Notes: generated by a model from the sequence alone, not told the origin. DNA of 54,974 nucleotides, filler included, from Sphacelaria rigidula (GCA_964200075.2; 4 parts of 4 records of this genome joined end to end with filler, not necessarily neighbours in it), one strand, 5' to 3'. Positions 41,308 to 53,950 are shown, counted from the whole stretch's first letter. Numbers and translations: made by a program.

Positions 41308-43451
41308 AGAGCCTCAACCGCGATGTTGATACGTCGACAATCCTTGAATTCAGGCGTGTCTACACCACGCACCGAAGTGTTTCTCGCCCGCGCACAGGCA
41401 CCTAAACTACTGTACACGTCGATGCCAAGCTCCTCTAGCATAGGGCTCCCCATGATAATGACATCATTAGTACCCGTCATGACCGCATAGGAGTATGGGT
41501 CCAATACAACCGGACCCCAGCTGGTGTGCAAAGCGGTGCGGACAGGGCAAGCTTTCTGCTTCATACGCTCAACATTGCCACTTGCCAATTTCACCAACTG
41601 TTCACCAGCCATCGGTCTCAACACTTGGACATCTGGAACCATGGCTTGCAATTTCGCCGCCACACCAGCTGACATGGTCGTAAGTCCAGATGCTGAATCT
41701 AAAATGGCCGTGACTGGACAAACACCCTTTGCCCCTGCACTCGGGACAGACAAGTCGGCAAGACACCACCTTTCCTTGTGATCTACGTGCAGACCCTCAG
41801 ATTGAAAACCTGACACCCCACCCGCTTTGAGCGATCTCCATGCTGGCACCGCCGCAGAGTTCGAACCCGGGAACGAGTGCGATGAGATGGTCTGCTGCAC
41901 GTCACCAGTAGAAGCGACCGGTTCTGGTGGCAACGTCGCCCCCCCGCCGGGAGCACTTTGTCCATCGGCTGAAAAGACAGCCCTTGTAGGAGCGGGACTC
42001 GTGCCCCCTCCGCGAGGCACCTGTCCAGGGCCCTGCGACAGCTGCTGTTGTTGCTGCTGCTTGTCGCCAGCCTTCGTCTGCCCACCGTCACTACGTTGTG
42101 TAGCAGCAGCCTTGCCTTGCTGCTTGCAATCCTTCCGGAAATGGCTCTTGTCTCCACATATGAAACATCCTGCATAGTTTGGGCCTGGTTTGCGGGTTTT
42201 TCCGGAACTGGCACTTCCATTTCCACTGCTCGCCGCTTTTCCACCATTTGGTCGGCGCTTGCTTCCGGAAGTCCCGCTGCCACTCCTTTGTTTCAGCTGC
42301 GGCTTCTGACGGCGCTGCTTATCTGCCGCTTCCACCGTCTTCCATGCCTCCGCTGTTTCCCGAGCCGTGTTAAACACAAGCCCAGGGTCCTCCTTCCACC
42401 CCCCCTTCATATTCAACATGTTGAGGACTCTAGTTTTGAATTCGAGGGGGATCAGTCCATTCAACATTTCCCGAGTTATGATTTGAGCGGGTCCTGGTTT
42501 GAAATCTGCATCATCGCGGAACGCACGCTCAGCGCTAGTATTCTCCGCAAAAACTTCCTCCAGGGCACCCCATTGCCCTTCTACTCTTCCCATTGCAGTT
42601 TGCTCGTTGCGGGCCGCCAACGCTTTCCGCACACCAGCAGCAGCAACTGAAGGATCAATCTCTTCATCCTGCCAACATTTCGCGTGAAGGCCTAGTGCCT
42701 CCGTGAGATCATCTTCGTCAAGCACGGATTCGTCAAAAATCGCGCGTGACAAACACGCACGGATGTGCTTCGGCACCAGTTCAGTAACAGTCAGTAAGAC
42801 GGTCTGCACACTACGTCCTTTGTTGTTCATTTTGACCGCCTCTTCATACTCGACGCTGATAAAAACGTCGGGACGCATTTTCGCAAAAATGCCGTCCGTT
42901 CTCTGGGGCTTCCAGCGATCCTGCAGGCATAAGCTCAGTAAACTTAAACTTCACCTCTTCGCCTGCATCGCCATCGCCCACTTTCTTGCGCGTTGCCATA
43001 GCTGTACGCAACAGTTCCAGCCAACCTAGCCGTCTCTCCGTTGTTAGTGAACTCCCTCACTTTACAGAGTGCACACTTCTGTGTACAAAGTCTGATATCA
43101 TTTTTCCGCAGCTGCCCACAGCTGAAAAACCTCTTCCAGAAACTAGCGGGTTCTTCTTAATAAACGTTTATTATGAAGCCCTCCTGGACTCAGAACAAGG
43201 TCACAAGATTGCTGCAAGGGCTCCCTCCCTCACTAGGGCCTGGAGACTTCAAGACAGTTGTTATTCATAAACACACAGCTTTCGTCATCGGAAGTAACCA
43301 CATGCGTGGAGCATGTGATGTTCAAATCCACATAGTCTGCCGATCAGACCCGCAGGTCCGTCAACCAATAGAAAACGCCTACAGCAGATTGTTCCACTTG
43401 TATATCATCATGAACCTGCACGTACGTGTACTGGAGGTGGACTACTCTACA
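41308..43451 (-). mobile_element. Ty3/Gypsy-like element 5' half: LTR (~43042-43451), gag with CCHC, aspartic protease; cut by contig end
   Basis: Long open gag-PR frame from 42878 to the contig edge, with CFICGDKSHFRKDC and AILDSASG. Co-linear homologue of 24397-26580, including the LTR start TGTAGAGTAGTCCACCTC. Confidence 0.9.
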
Positions 43452-44037
43452 CACTCCTGCTCCGGCCACCCCCGCAGTCGCCCCGAGCGCCGTAGTAGCG
43501 CCTTCGGTCGCTGTGACGACCACCGTCAGTGGTGACCACCGTAATAATTGGTCCCCAGCCGCTGTGACTGCCCCTGCAGTCGTCACTACGACCGTTGGCG
43601 GCGCCCCTACGATTGACAGGTCCCCGGGCAAGCCGCACCCTCAGCCGCACCTTACAGCGGAGTCCTGCCCAACGGGATATCTTGTGTGCCTCTTTCTGGA
43701 GCATAACAGAGCCACGCAGGAGGATATCATCGCTCGTTACCGAGCCGCCACCCCGGTGCCAGCCCTGCCGACCACCACTCCGGCGCAGAATCTTACAGCG
43801 ACAGCCCCGGCGCCAACATCGCAGGACATGCCAAATACCAGCACTGCTGACGAAAATGCGATTCGCCTCCTCCGGGAGGAATTTACCACTCGGCAGCTTA
43901 ATCTACAACGCAATGTCAACACCGCCGCCGCCGCTCACTCCGCTGCCCTTTGGGCTCATGCGGAACACCAATCGGTTGTTGCAGCCAGTCAACGTAATAT
44001 TGAGGAGCTGGCGGCCCACATTACTCGGAACGCTGAG

Positions 44038-44253
44038 CACGCTTTCTACGATAGCCCCCCCCCTCAAAAAGTGCATGGTTTTGGGAGGCAAAATCTTCAC
44101 GTAAATCGAAATAGGAAAAGCCGAGCACAACGAGCAGCTGGGAATTCCCCCGCTTGGGTTCGTTCTCGCCAATGTTGCCAATATGAGGTGCTTCATGCAG
44201 CCTGAACCCAAATATTAGTGACACGTTTGGGCTGGTTTTCACCATTTGCGGGG
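44038..44253. mobile_element. 216-bp insertion (MITE-like) in Gypsy ORF1
   Basis: Removing it rejoins ...HITRNAE|YRILRNSEAA in frame. Its ends share motifs with the SINE tail at 54910-54954. Confidence 0.5.
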
Positions 44254-46738
44254 TACCGCATACTCCGCAACTCGGAAGCCGCCACCCCTGACGCAACGCC
44301 CGCGGACAAACCCCGCCTTTCTTTCTTCCCTCACGAGGCCACTTGGCTCGTGCATACCGTGCGAGATTTCTCCACCGAGTTTTCGGTAGACAACGCCCCC
44401 CAAAGCTCCAAGGCCCTCTGAACTACTGTCTACCATAGGACCTCAGTTGCCTTGGGTCTATATTTGTACAAAGGCGCGCAACTCCCGGTGGCAGATCTGC
44501 ACGCTCTGACGCTCGCCCAGCTTGTGGCACACGCCCAAACGGGCCTCAATGATAGTGCCGGTGCCTACAACAGGGCCGCACATAGCCTTTTGCAGGTCTT
44601 ATGGGACGCGTTTCAGTGCGGCACCTCCGCTGACGACGACAACGACAACGACAATGACAAATGGGCTCCCGTCACCGCAAACAGTCGGCCGCATCAACAC
44701 CACGGCGACAATGGTGACCGCCTGGGTGGCGGACGCGAGGATCGCCGCGACGATTCCGGATCCTCCGGTAGAGGATGCCGGGGACTTAATTCTCGACGAA
44801 CGGTTCGTAGCAAACAATACCCGAAGTGGGAACGCACGGGATCTGTCTAGTCGGACAGCTCATCCCGCAATCCCCGTCACAGGAGTATGTCAACGACTGA
44901 CCTGCCGTCAGTTAACTCCATTAATGTCAGGCAAGACACACCTCGTTTAGCTGATGTATCCCACGAGTTATTAGGTTTGTCTGACACTGATGACAAAGAT
45001 CGACCCTTGCCTTCTACCTCGGCCCGCACTTCAGTTGCCGCCGCGGCTAGCCAAGCGAAGACCGCAGCCCGCGAGGCTGCAGCAGCTGCTAAGGCTGAGG
45101 CTGCTCGGGTAGCTGCTATCCAGAGAGAGTACTACAGATTGATGTCAAGAAACTTTGGCATATTAACACCATGCCCGCAGCGGACAATGAATACTCAGGA
45201 CAGTTTACCTAGAGTCTTATTCACTCCATCCGTCGTACTGTGCACAATATTTTGCAATTAGCGGATCGCACGGGTGCTCAGCGTTTCGAAGATCCTGTTT
45301 GGGTTGATGGTTGGTAGAAGCCGTTACATAAGGCCCAACACCACGCCATCTCTCACCGCTCGCCTGACCTTGCCTCTTCACTGACGCAGATCATCGACGG
45401 GTTTATCGCAGCGATAGATTCGGACTGTGCCTCGGGGCGAGCTGACCCAACGATACTCCGTGATTTGGAGCGGCGTCTGACCGGCTACTTTGATCGTAGT
45501 ACGCAGGGTAGCTCCATTCAGCGCCTGAGTTCGTTTGGTGTCGCCACAGACGTGCCGTTTTCCGACAACCTTCGTCAGTTCGAGTTGTTGTTCTCCAGTA
45601 CTTTGGGGACTGAACGCCAGAGTGGGCCTTCTGATTACATGTGTCAGTCTTATGTCCGTACGAGTGTGTCTGAGCAGTTCCCGGCATTGATGCCGTCGTT
45701 GTTTCCGTGTGCCCTAGCACACCGCGAGGTGCCTTACGCCTCCGTAGACCCAATATGGATAGCTTTTGTCCATCAAGAAAGCAATCTCACTCCCGTCATT
45801 CGGGGTAGAAAATATTTGTCTTCGCGTTCACAGCCTGCCGCTGTCTCCTCCGCGAACGCCTACGGGTCTCGCGGACGGAATTCGAGTTTATCTCGTGCTA
45901 CATGGACCCCCGCCTCTGTCGCCAATTCAGTGATGAGTTTTGAAAGAAACAAAGACCCATTCTGCGCGAGCTTTGACGCATGGCCGTACTCTGAGGAGAC
46001 ATGGGACGATGTTTATTTGACTTCTACAACAGCTTTTGTGACGGATGATCCCCATTCGTGGAACCCGCTTCTATCTTCTTCGGCTAAAGACGACGCTTTC
46101 AGCCGCCACACCAACAAATATGTCAATTGTAATGTACAAGGCCATAGCATGCGTGACTGTGACAACTCATGCATAAATGCGTACGATCTCATGAACTCTG
46201 AACTACAAAGCAATGAACCCGCGTGGCGCCGATGGCAAAAACGAATGCGCGACTATCGCACTTCAAATCGAAATAGTTGCCACCACTCGAATCCCGCGGC
46301 AACTATACCTCTAATCACGAGCGCCGACAAAACAACAACCATACTTCTGGCACTCGCCAACGAGATAGTACCTCTCGCGTCAATCATAGTTCCGCTGATA
46401 GACACCGGCGAACAAGACCGACACATAGCTCGAACCCCAACACCAGAAACCCTGGTACCTTCACTTCGGACCGCCTAGATCCATGACGTGACAACGTCGG
46501 CGTCCTAAAGTCTTCGGCGCCGCCGACAGCACTTTCGAAGACTTTTTCAACACCGCCCGCGAAACTAGCGACAAACATTTCTCGCTCAGTTTCCCCGGCA
46601 TTACGCAGGAGCACTAATGACGGCCTCTCGAATCGACCCCCGTCTTCATCACCTGGCATACAGCGTAACAGGAGCACTTATGACGGCCGCTCAAATCGAC
46701 CCCCGCCTTCACCTCCTGGCATACAGCGTTAACAGTTG

Positions 46739-48728
46739 CACACCCTGGACAATACAATATGTAGTATATATTGCCCGCACAACATGTCGACGCGTCGGGT
46801 GGTCAATATATATTGGGCGAGCAATATGATGGCACGAGAGAGGGTCAATATATATTGTGCCATCAATATGCCAAGGCCTGCGACATGCAATACATATCGA
46901 CCGAACAATATACCACGACACACCCCACCTCAATATATATTGGCCAAGTAGTATGTTGGTGCGAGAAAGCACCAATATATATTTGTCGAGTAATATGTTG
47001 GCTGCTGTCAGAAAATGAGGCTGTGGAGCCATGCCCTTCAACGCTTCGTATGGTATTGACTTTAAATATATATATGTATGTAGTGTTGGGATCGCAGGTA
47101 TACCGGTCACGAAGGTTTGGTCTGATGTGAGGGTATGATGTGGGATAGCAGTTGTGATACATGAATCACTCTCCTCGGTTGACCGTTCAACACGGTGGGT
47201 TGTTTGTANNNNNNNNGCAAGAGGCACCTTGAACATCATCTTCTGTCTACACTCCAGAGCAGCTTGTCTGCTTGCTTGGCTTAAGTGCCATTGCGCCAAC
47301 TCTAGCGATCACGTCAAGGGGGTCATCGCGACACTTTTCTAACAGCTGCCACACGAGGTCAATATATATTGATGATTCGATATACTCAACACCCGAGGCG
47401 TCAATATATATTGCCCCGCCCCAATATGCCGTGCGTTAATGCGTCCAATATATATTGGGCGGACACTACACGAGGGAACCGACGGTCACATTACATTTTG
47501 ATGTAGTAATACATTTTGATTTTCAACATGTATATTGGGAAGTGTATTGGAATTAGTATAATGAGCAACTCTATGTTCGCGGGCGCCATTGAAAGATGTG
47601 TCACTACATGCCGAAAACGCTCAATATATTCCTCCGCAAAGTGTTCAATATATATTGGCTGCACGATAGCTATGCGATGAGCGTGCGCAATATATATATA
47701 TATATATTGGAAAAACAATACTTTTGCATGGTTTGCGTTCAATATATATATTATGGCAACAATATGCTACGCATCGCTTCGACTCAATATATATTGACAC
47801 TTCAATACGTACAAGGCCGGCATGCACTATATATATTGAATGTTTTATTCCCGGAGCAAATGCATGTTCAATATATATTGTCATACATTACTTCATGATC
47901 ATGGCAGGAGCAATATATGTTGTTGCTTCGATGTCTTCGAGAACATCTCAACACAATATATATATATATATTGAAAGGACAATATTTGAGCTGGCTCCAA
48001 TACAAAGCATTGGTATCATATTGGAACATATTGTATTGTCCAGGGTATAAGCAACATAGCCCCGGTGACCACAGGGGTAACAAAAGCCGCATATCGACCC
48101 GCGTTTTCTGTCATCGTGATGTATAGCCAAGATATACTAACTACATGCTGTGAAGGGGATGGGCGGTCTCGCACCGGTAGCCATATAGGTATCAGAAGGC
48201 GTATATACCGGGTCGCCTCTTCTGTCGCCGCCTTTAAAGCTTTCAACAACTCTCCGTAGTTTTGCACGCGGACTTCTGCGGCTCCCTTTAAAGCTTTTCC
48301 CAATCTGGACGGGCTCCGGCATCCATCGCGTCTGGATCTTTCTTCAAGCGTACACCATAATTATAATGTACAATATATATTGACCGGCCAATACATAAGC
48401 ACCCACGTGGACCCAATATATATTGACCGGTCGATATGTTTTCATCAATGCGACCCTAACATATATTGGCCGTCCAATATGCTGTCGCCCACGCTGCCCC
48501 AATATGTATTGATGGGACAGTAGTTGTTCAACCCCACAGTGCCAATATATATTGGGCGGGCAATATGTATGCAGTCCCACGACATCAATATATATTGGGC
48601 TCGCAATTCGTTTGCAGTCCAAGGGTACCAGTATATATATATATATATATTACGCCGGTAATATATCGCAAAATTTCAATATGATCGACTAATATGTGTT
48701 GGAAACATATTGTATTGTCCAGGGTGTG
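46739..48728. mobile_element. Non-autonomous TIR DNA transposon, perfect 24-bp TIRs, 8-bp TSD AACAGTTG
   Basis: Left end AACAGTTG(46731-38)|CACACCCTGGACAATACAATATGT(46739-62). Right end ACATATTGTATTGTCCAGGGTGTG(48705-28)|AACAGTTG(48729-36). An extra internal right-TIR copy lies at 48026-48049 and a small N gap at ~47209. Confidence 0.93.
46762..48690 (+). repeat. Phased 42/43-bp repeat-spacer array (CAATATATATTG-N6-CAATATG-N17/18), three blocks
   Basis: Unit starts in block 1: 46762, 46804, 46846, 46888, 46931, 46973. Block 2: 47360, 47402, 47446 ... 47646, 47688, 47740, 47785, 47827, 47869, 47911, 47954. Block 3: 48371, 48414, 48457, 48500, 48543, 48586, 48629. Confidence 0.9.
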
Positions 48729-51700
48729 AACAGTTGCGTGAACTCACGACTTAGCTCTACGCTCGGCTCTGGACTTGGTCCTCCAGAACTGAGTGTAAAT
48801 CTGAGGTGTGGGAACACCAGCCGCCCGTTCCTGAGACAGAGGCTTCCCTCACCGACGGCACGCGCAGGCGGTAGTGTATCTAAGTCGACTGGTTCGAGTG
48901 TCGCTGGTCTCAATTTGACCAATTCGGGCCAAGTAACACCCACCCAGCTCGAAACAGTTCGTTCTTCGCGTTCATTACACAACGCAAACCTACCCCTAAC
49001 AGTTTCCAAGAAAAGTCGTCCTAATTTACAATCGGCTGTGACTCCTCAGCCAAGCTTGCCAACGGAAAGTCCACAAGCTTCGCCCAAGCATGCCGCGATG
49101 CTGAACCCATCCACACAACTGGACGCACTTATGGTGCCCCAACAAGCTTTGGAAGTTCCCCAACCATCGTCGCGGCCAAAGAGAAAGCCCCGTAAAGGTG
49201 CCCCAAGGAAGCGCGCGCATCATCACGTACACCTCTATCGAGCCGAAAACCTCGACCTCAATCTATTCAAAATGCGACGACTTTGCGCTCGACGGCTTTA
49301 TCAAGCATCCCGGACGAAACAACTTGAAATATTTATGACGCCACTGCTTCTTCAATCGACGGTCCTAACAACGCACAATCTGGACCCACCTTGGATGTTA
49401 ATCCCTGTCTACCCACGACGGCCATTTACGAAATTGCTCATGATCAGTCTACCCGTGCCTCACCTGGGAATAATATACCGTCGACCACCTTTTCTAGTGA
49501 AAAACCTGACCCACCGGCGGGTCACCCCCCGTCCGTTTTTGCTGTCAGCCCCGCCGATCCTGACCAATTTACCTTGCCAAAACATGGCCCGGATCTTGTC
49601 GGCGGTAAAGTGTCTGTGGACCCGACCACTTTCACTACCCGCGTCACGATCCACTCTGATCCAAACGCTACCACGCCTACGACATGTGTATTCCTGTTGG
49701 ACAGCAGCAGCCCGCAAACATTCATTCGACATTCAACATGGGGACACATGAAACAGACTGGCGCTGCTATCGCAGCTTGTGAAACCACCACCCAACCTCG
49801 AGTATGGGGCGGCTTCGGCGATTCTATCGCATCTCTGACAACACTAAAATCCGCACGTCTCAGTATGCAATTGTTTCACAACACCACTCGTTCTGCCAGC
49901 CTGGCCGCCTGGGCATACATTGTCCCCGACAGCACCATGCATCACGCCATATTATTGGGCAGAGATAGCTATGTGCGGTTTAATAAACGAAGCTACCGCA
50001 CGCTTCTACCAGTATCGCCACAACCCACGTCTCGTGGAGAATGCAATCTTGAAAACTTTGGTACACTCCACGGTGCTTCGGCCTACCAAAAGAATACTCA
50101 AACAACCGGAACTACTTACCGCCTACGATACAATGGTAGTGCTGGTATTACACTCTTCGACGATCCTCAACTTTTAAAAGTTGCACTAGTTTGCCGAAAT
50201 GGCATGCCTGCACTAACGGAGCATTGTCGTGCCGAAACGTTACCCCGTATTGGTGCACCAGCTGACACAGAACATTTTGTCTCGGCGGGACAACAACTCC
50301 TCCCTCTTACGAGACATGCTAACTTCGAACCCGGCGATATTTCAGGAATTGCCGCCGCTTCCCTGATGCGCATCCCACTTGAGACGTGCGTAACAGAGCC
50401 TGCCGAGCCCGACGCACCATCTCCGACGAAGTCAGTCCATTGTGTCAATGAACCTTCTTTCAACCTTGCCTCTGCGATTCCACCCCAGGTCCACACCGTG
50501 GATCTCGCCTAGTCAAATTCCGATCCTTCTGCTGACGTGCTTCAACGCTTATCACCAGATTCTCGGAATAGTTTCTTGCAAATGTGGCACCAACTACCGT
50601 CACACATATGCGTGATATCAATTTTGACCTTCATGGGCCAGGCTGGGAGCCAGCAGTCATCCAAGAACTCAGTGACATCCTGCTGCAGTACCAGGCTCGA
50701 TTTTCCGGATCCAATGCAGATCTTGGGTACTGCAAAACGCTGCCCTTGAGGTTACACTCCAACCCGGCGTCTTGCCAATATCGTCGCAACCATACCGGAC
50801 AAACCATTCCGGACAAACCATTCCGGACAAACCATACCGGACAAACCAAATCCTTACAAAAAAATTAAATGCCATCTTAGATGGATTTTTGGGAGCGGGA
50901 ATAATACAACATTCCTCCACTCCTTGGGCCTCGGCACTTGTGGTCGTCCCCAAAAATGATGGAAACATACGCATAATCGTAAATTACCAAAGGTTGAACC
51001 GCGTCACCGTGATTGGTAAGCTTCCAATCCCACGCATTGATGAAGTCTTCGACTCCTTACGCAAAGAAAAAATGTTTAGCACCTCCGACCTCGCTTCTGT
51101 ATTTTTCCGGAATGCTATCCACCCTGACACAGTCCCACTTACGGCCATCTGTACATCGTCAGGACTTTACGAGTGACTTCGAATGCCACCAGGCGCTGCC
51201 ACTGCCCCGGGGTGCTTTCAATGCTTAATGCAACGCATCACCGAGGGTCTCGAGCACATCATTATGTACCTAGAAGACGCTATCCCTTTCGATGCCTCAC
51301 TTATTGCACACATCCGAACTCTACGAGCATTCCCCTCTCGCCTACGAACACACGATTTGAAACTGTCTCCATCCAAAGCTCGCCTTGGCGCGACTGACTT
51401 GGATTTTCTGGGACATTCCATTTCGCCGGCAGACCTACATCCGGATACAAAGGCAGAGCGATGACTGACTTGCCAATGCCAAGCAAAATTTCTCAGCTTC
51501 GCTCTTTGTTGGGCGGACTATCCTACTACCGCAAATTTTCGCCGCATTCATCCAAAGGGATTTTCCCCTTACTGAGCTACTCAAGAAAGCAGCCGTGTTC
51601 ACCTTCACCACCGGTATGGAGAATACCCCCCGCGAATTGCTGAAAATGCTCACCGAAAAGCCAGTACTCTGTTTCCCTGATTGGGAGGCAATACAAAATG

Positions 51701-53598
51701 GCTCTCGCCTTTTTCAACTACACACTGACGCCAGTACAGACGGATTTGGAGGAGTTTTGAATCAACCTCAGGTTGACGCCTCCATTCGCCCCATCCCCTG
51801 TGTCAGTCGTGCCACCCTGCCCAATGAGGCCAACTTGAGCCCGCTAGAATTGGAAGGCGGAGTAGTCACCTGGGCCATTAAGCGCCTCCGACAATACATG
51901 TTTTACGTGCCATTCGAGATCTACACGGATCATGGGGCACTCGAACAACTCGCCAAGGTTGGCGAACACAATCCGCGTGTACAACGATGGTTGAAATTTC
52001 TAACAGCGTACCAGTATACCATAAAGCACCGTCTAGACAAAACCAACAGAAACGCGACCTTCTTTCCCGACTACCCCTGTCGCATACGACCGCAGATTTC
52101 AGCCCGGCTTGCCGTTTAAGGGAGCCCGATGAACCTGCGATTTACCGTTTAAGACGTTTTCAACGCCCGTTTATGCCCTCGACCTACAGTGCCCAGAGAC
52201 TGGTATGCACATGGGCGGTCTTCGCCCTCCACCATATGACGCCGTCTTGGATAAATCCCACTACCTGCGATTTTGTCGATTTCTGCGCATGTGGTACTCG
52301 CGCGAAGCTTTTCACGGAGACACCTTCGGTCATTCAACTGATCTCCGATAACACGCGCTCCCGGTCTGCCGCGGCACCACGCCCCCGAGTGCCCCGCCGC
52401 CACCGATAACACCTACAAATCCCACGAGCCACGCAGCACCGGTTGAACGGACCAGCACGCAACGCTCCGCGAAAAATACTGCAACATCCACCACGCTCCG
52501 CGAAGAATCTTTGCCGCGCACTGCTACAACCTCGCCGCCCATAACGGCGCCACCTACAGCTACCGCTCCCGAGCATGGAGCCGAGGACTCAGCTCCTGCT
52601 CCCGGGGCAGATATTGACGTCGGCATTTCTGCCCCGTCGCCTATTCCCCCGCTGCCAATCCCACCATGTCTGTTCGACCCTCCAGCGGAAGATCACCTAC
52701 GCGAGTTTCTCGCCAGCTACTCTCACCGTGATTGGGCTCGCGAACAAAACGCGGAACCGTTGTTTCGCGCAGCCATCCGGTACTTACAAGTTGACTGCTC
52801 GGTCTCTTTTCCATCCGCCCTTCTGGCCCCAGTTGGCACACTGCCACCACCAGATATCTCCAACGTATACGGACTCGTGCGTAAAGGCACCATTTTTACT
52901 ACGTATGAAGGTGTACAACTACTCGTGCGTCGCCCCACGCCTTTGACGGGCACAATTTCCTCCTCAACCACGGGACGCCACGCACGACTACTCGATGACG
53001 AACCAATGCGCATCTATGTCCCATTATTAATGCGCCCCTGGTTCATGAAGGCTTCCACACGGACTTGCCATGTCACCTTGGCGTCACTCGCACCTTAGCG
53101 CTCCTGGAACGCTTCTACTGGTGGGTTGGCATGGAAATTCCTGCTCGCTTCTGGATTCGGCGATGCTTCAAATGCCAAGCTCAAAAAACTTCACGACAGA
53201 CAGTACGCTGGCCCGTCATCTCTGTGGGACTCCCCAACACTCCGGGCCACTTTGTGTCCTTTGACTACTTTGTACCTCCCTGGAAAGCGCTCTGCTCGCT
53301 GTTGTACCTCCCTGTTTTCCCCCTTCTTTTTGCTAGGATGCCGAAGTAATTTGTGCTTCTCCGTTGATCGCTAGCACGCAGAAGCAGTATGTGCTTCCGC
53401 GTTTCGAAGCAGTCTTTCTGCTCCTTTAAGCAGTGTATGTTTCCCTTACTTTTTTTAGGTGTGGGAGTGGGTACGGGAGTATTTCCTTAGGAGCTTTATC
53501 AGCCGTTCATGACTTCACGAGGAAGGAAAACCTTAGTTTTCGCTGCTTTGAGGATAAAATCCTCGCAGCTGTAATAAGGGTTCGTCTGGGTGGGTTAG

Positions 53599-53950
53599 TG
53601 TCATGAGGAGCATATTCGCCTGTTGTCATGCCGCCTCAGACCTGTCGATAAGTCCGGCTTATATTTCATCCAGGCTAGTTGGACTGCAGGTCTTTTTAGA
53701 GTTGGTCAGATACGAGTGTGAACTTGTTTTTGGCAGAGATGGTAATTGGAGTTGCTTGGATGTGTCTTTGCACATCCAAGCCGCCTACCTCATTACCATG
53801 TACTCCTCTCTTCCAGCAAAAACGTTTAACACCGGTGAGACTGGTCGCTCGAGCTTGAGAGATTGGATCGAGAAATTGGATTGAGAGATTGGATACTCTA
53901 TAGTTGAGACCAAACAATCAAGGAGAGATATCATCTACCTGCGTGTAACA
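53599..53950 (+). mobile_element. Possible LTR (TG...CA) preceded by a purine-rich tract
   Basis: GGGTGGGTTAG|TGTCATGAG ... GTGTAACA. No partner LTR or clean TSD is visible. Confidence 0.3.

Larger units (their letters stand above)
43452..53272 (+). mobile_element. Degenerate Ty3/Gypsy element (long ORF1/gag, PR, RT, RNase H, INT zinc finger), interrupted by two insertions
   Basis: gag 45465-46478 (decayed knuckle YVNCNVQGHSMRDC); PR FLLDSSSPQTFI (~49690); RT PWASALVVVPKNDG..VNYQRLN..PIPRIDE..YLED (50880-51450); RH LHTDAS..ELE..YTDH (51595-52050); INT HLGVTRT..YWW..CFKCQ (53065-53272). Confidence 0.92.

Noticed and set aside
46771-48684. 14-aa QYILxxQY repeat proteins in the ORF track
   Set aside because: A by-product of the palindromic motif. 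It appears on both strands, and 43-bp units and TA expansions break the frame.
46762-48690. Calling the array a bona fide CRISPR
   Set aside because: Eukaryotic TE context, no cas genes, repeats of only 12+7 nt with imperfect copies, and spacers of only 6 and 17-18 nt. Reported as a repeat-spacer array instead.
46607-50850. 63-bp duplication (46607-46733) and 14-bp x4 repeat (~50788-50847)
   Set aside because: Ordinary slippage duplications inside a dead Gypsy.
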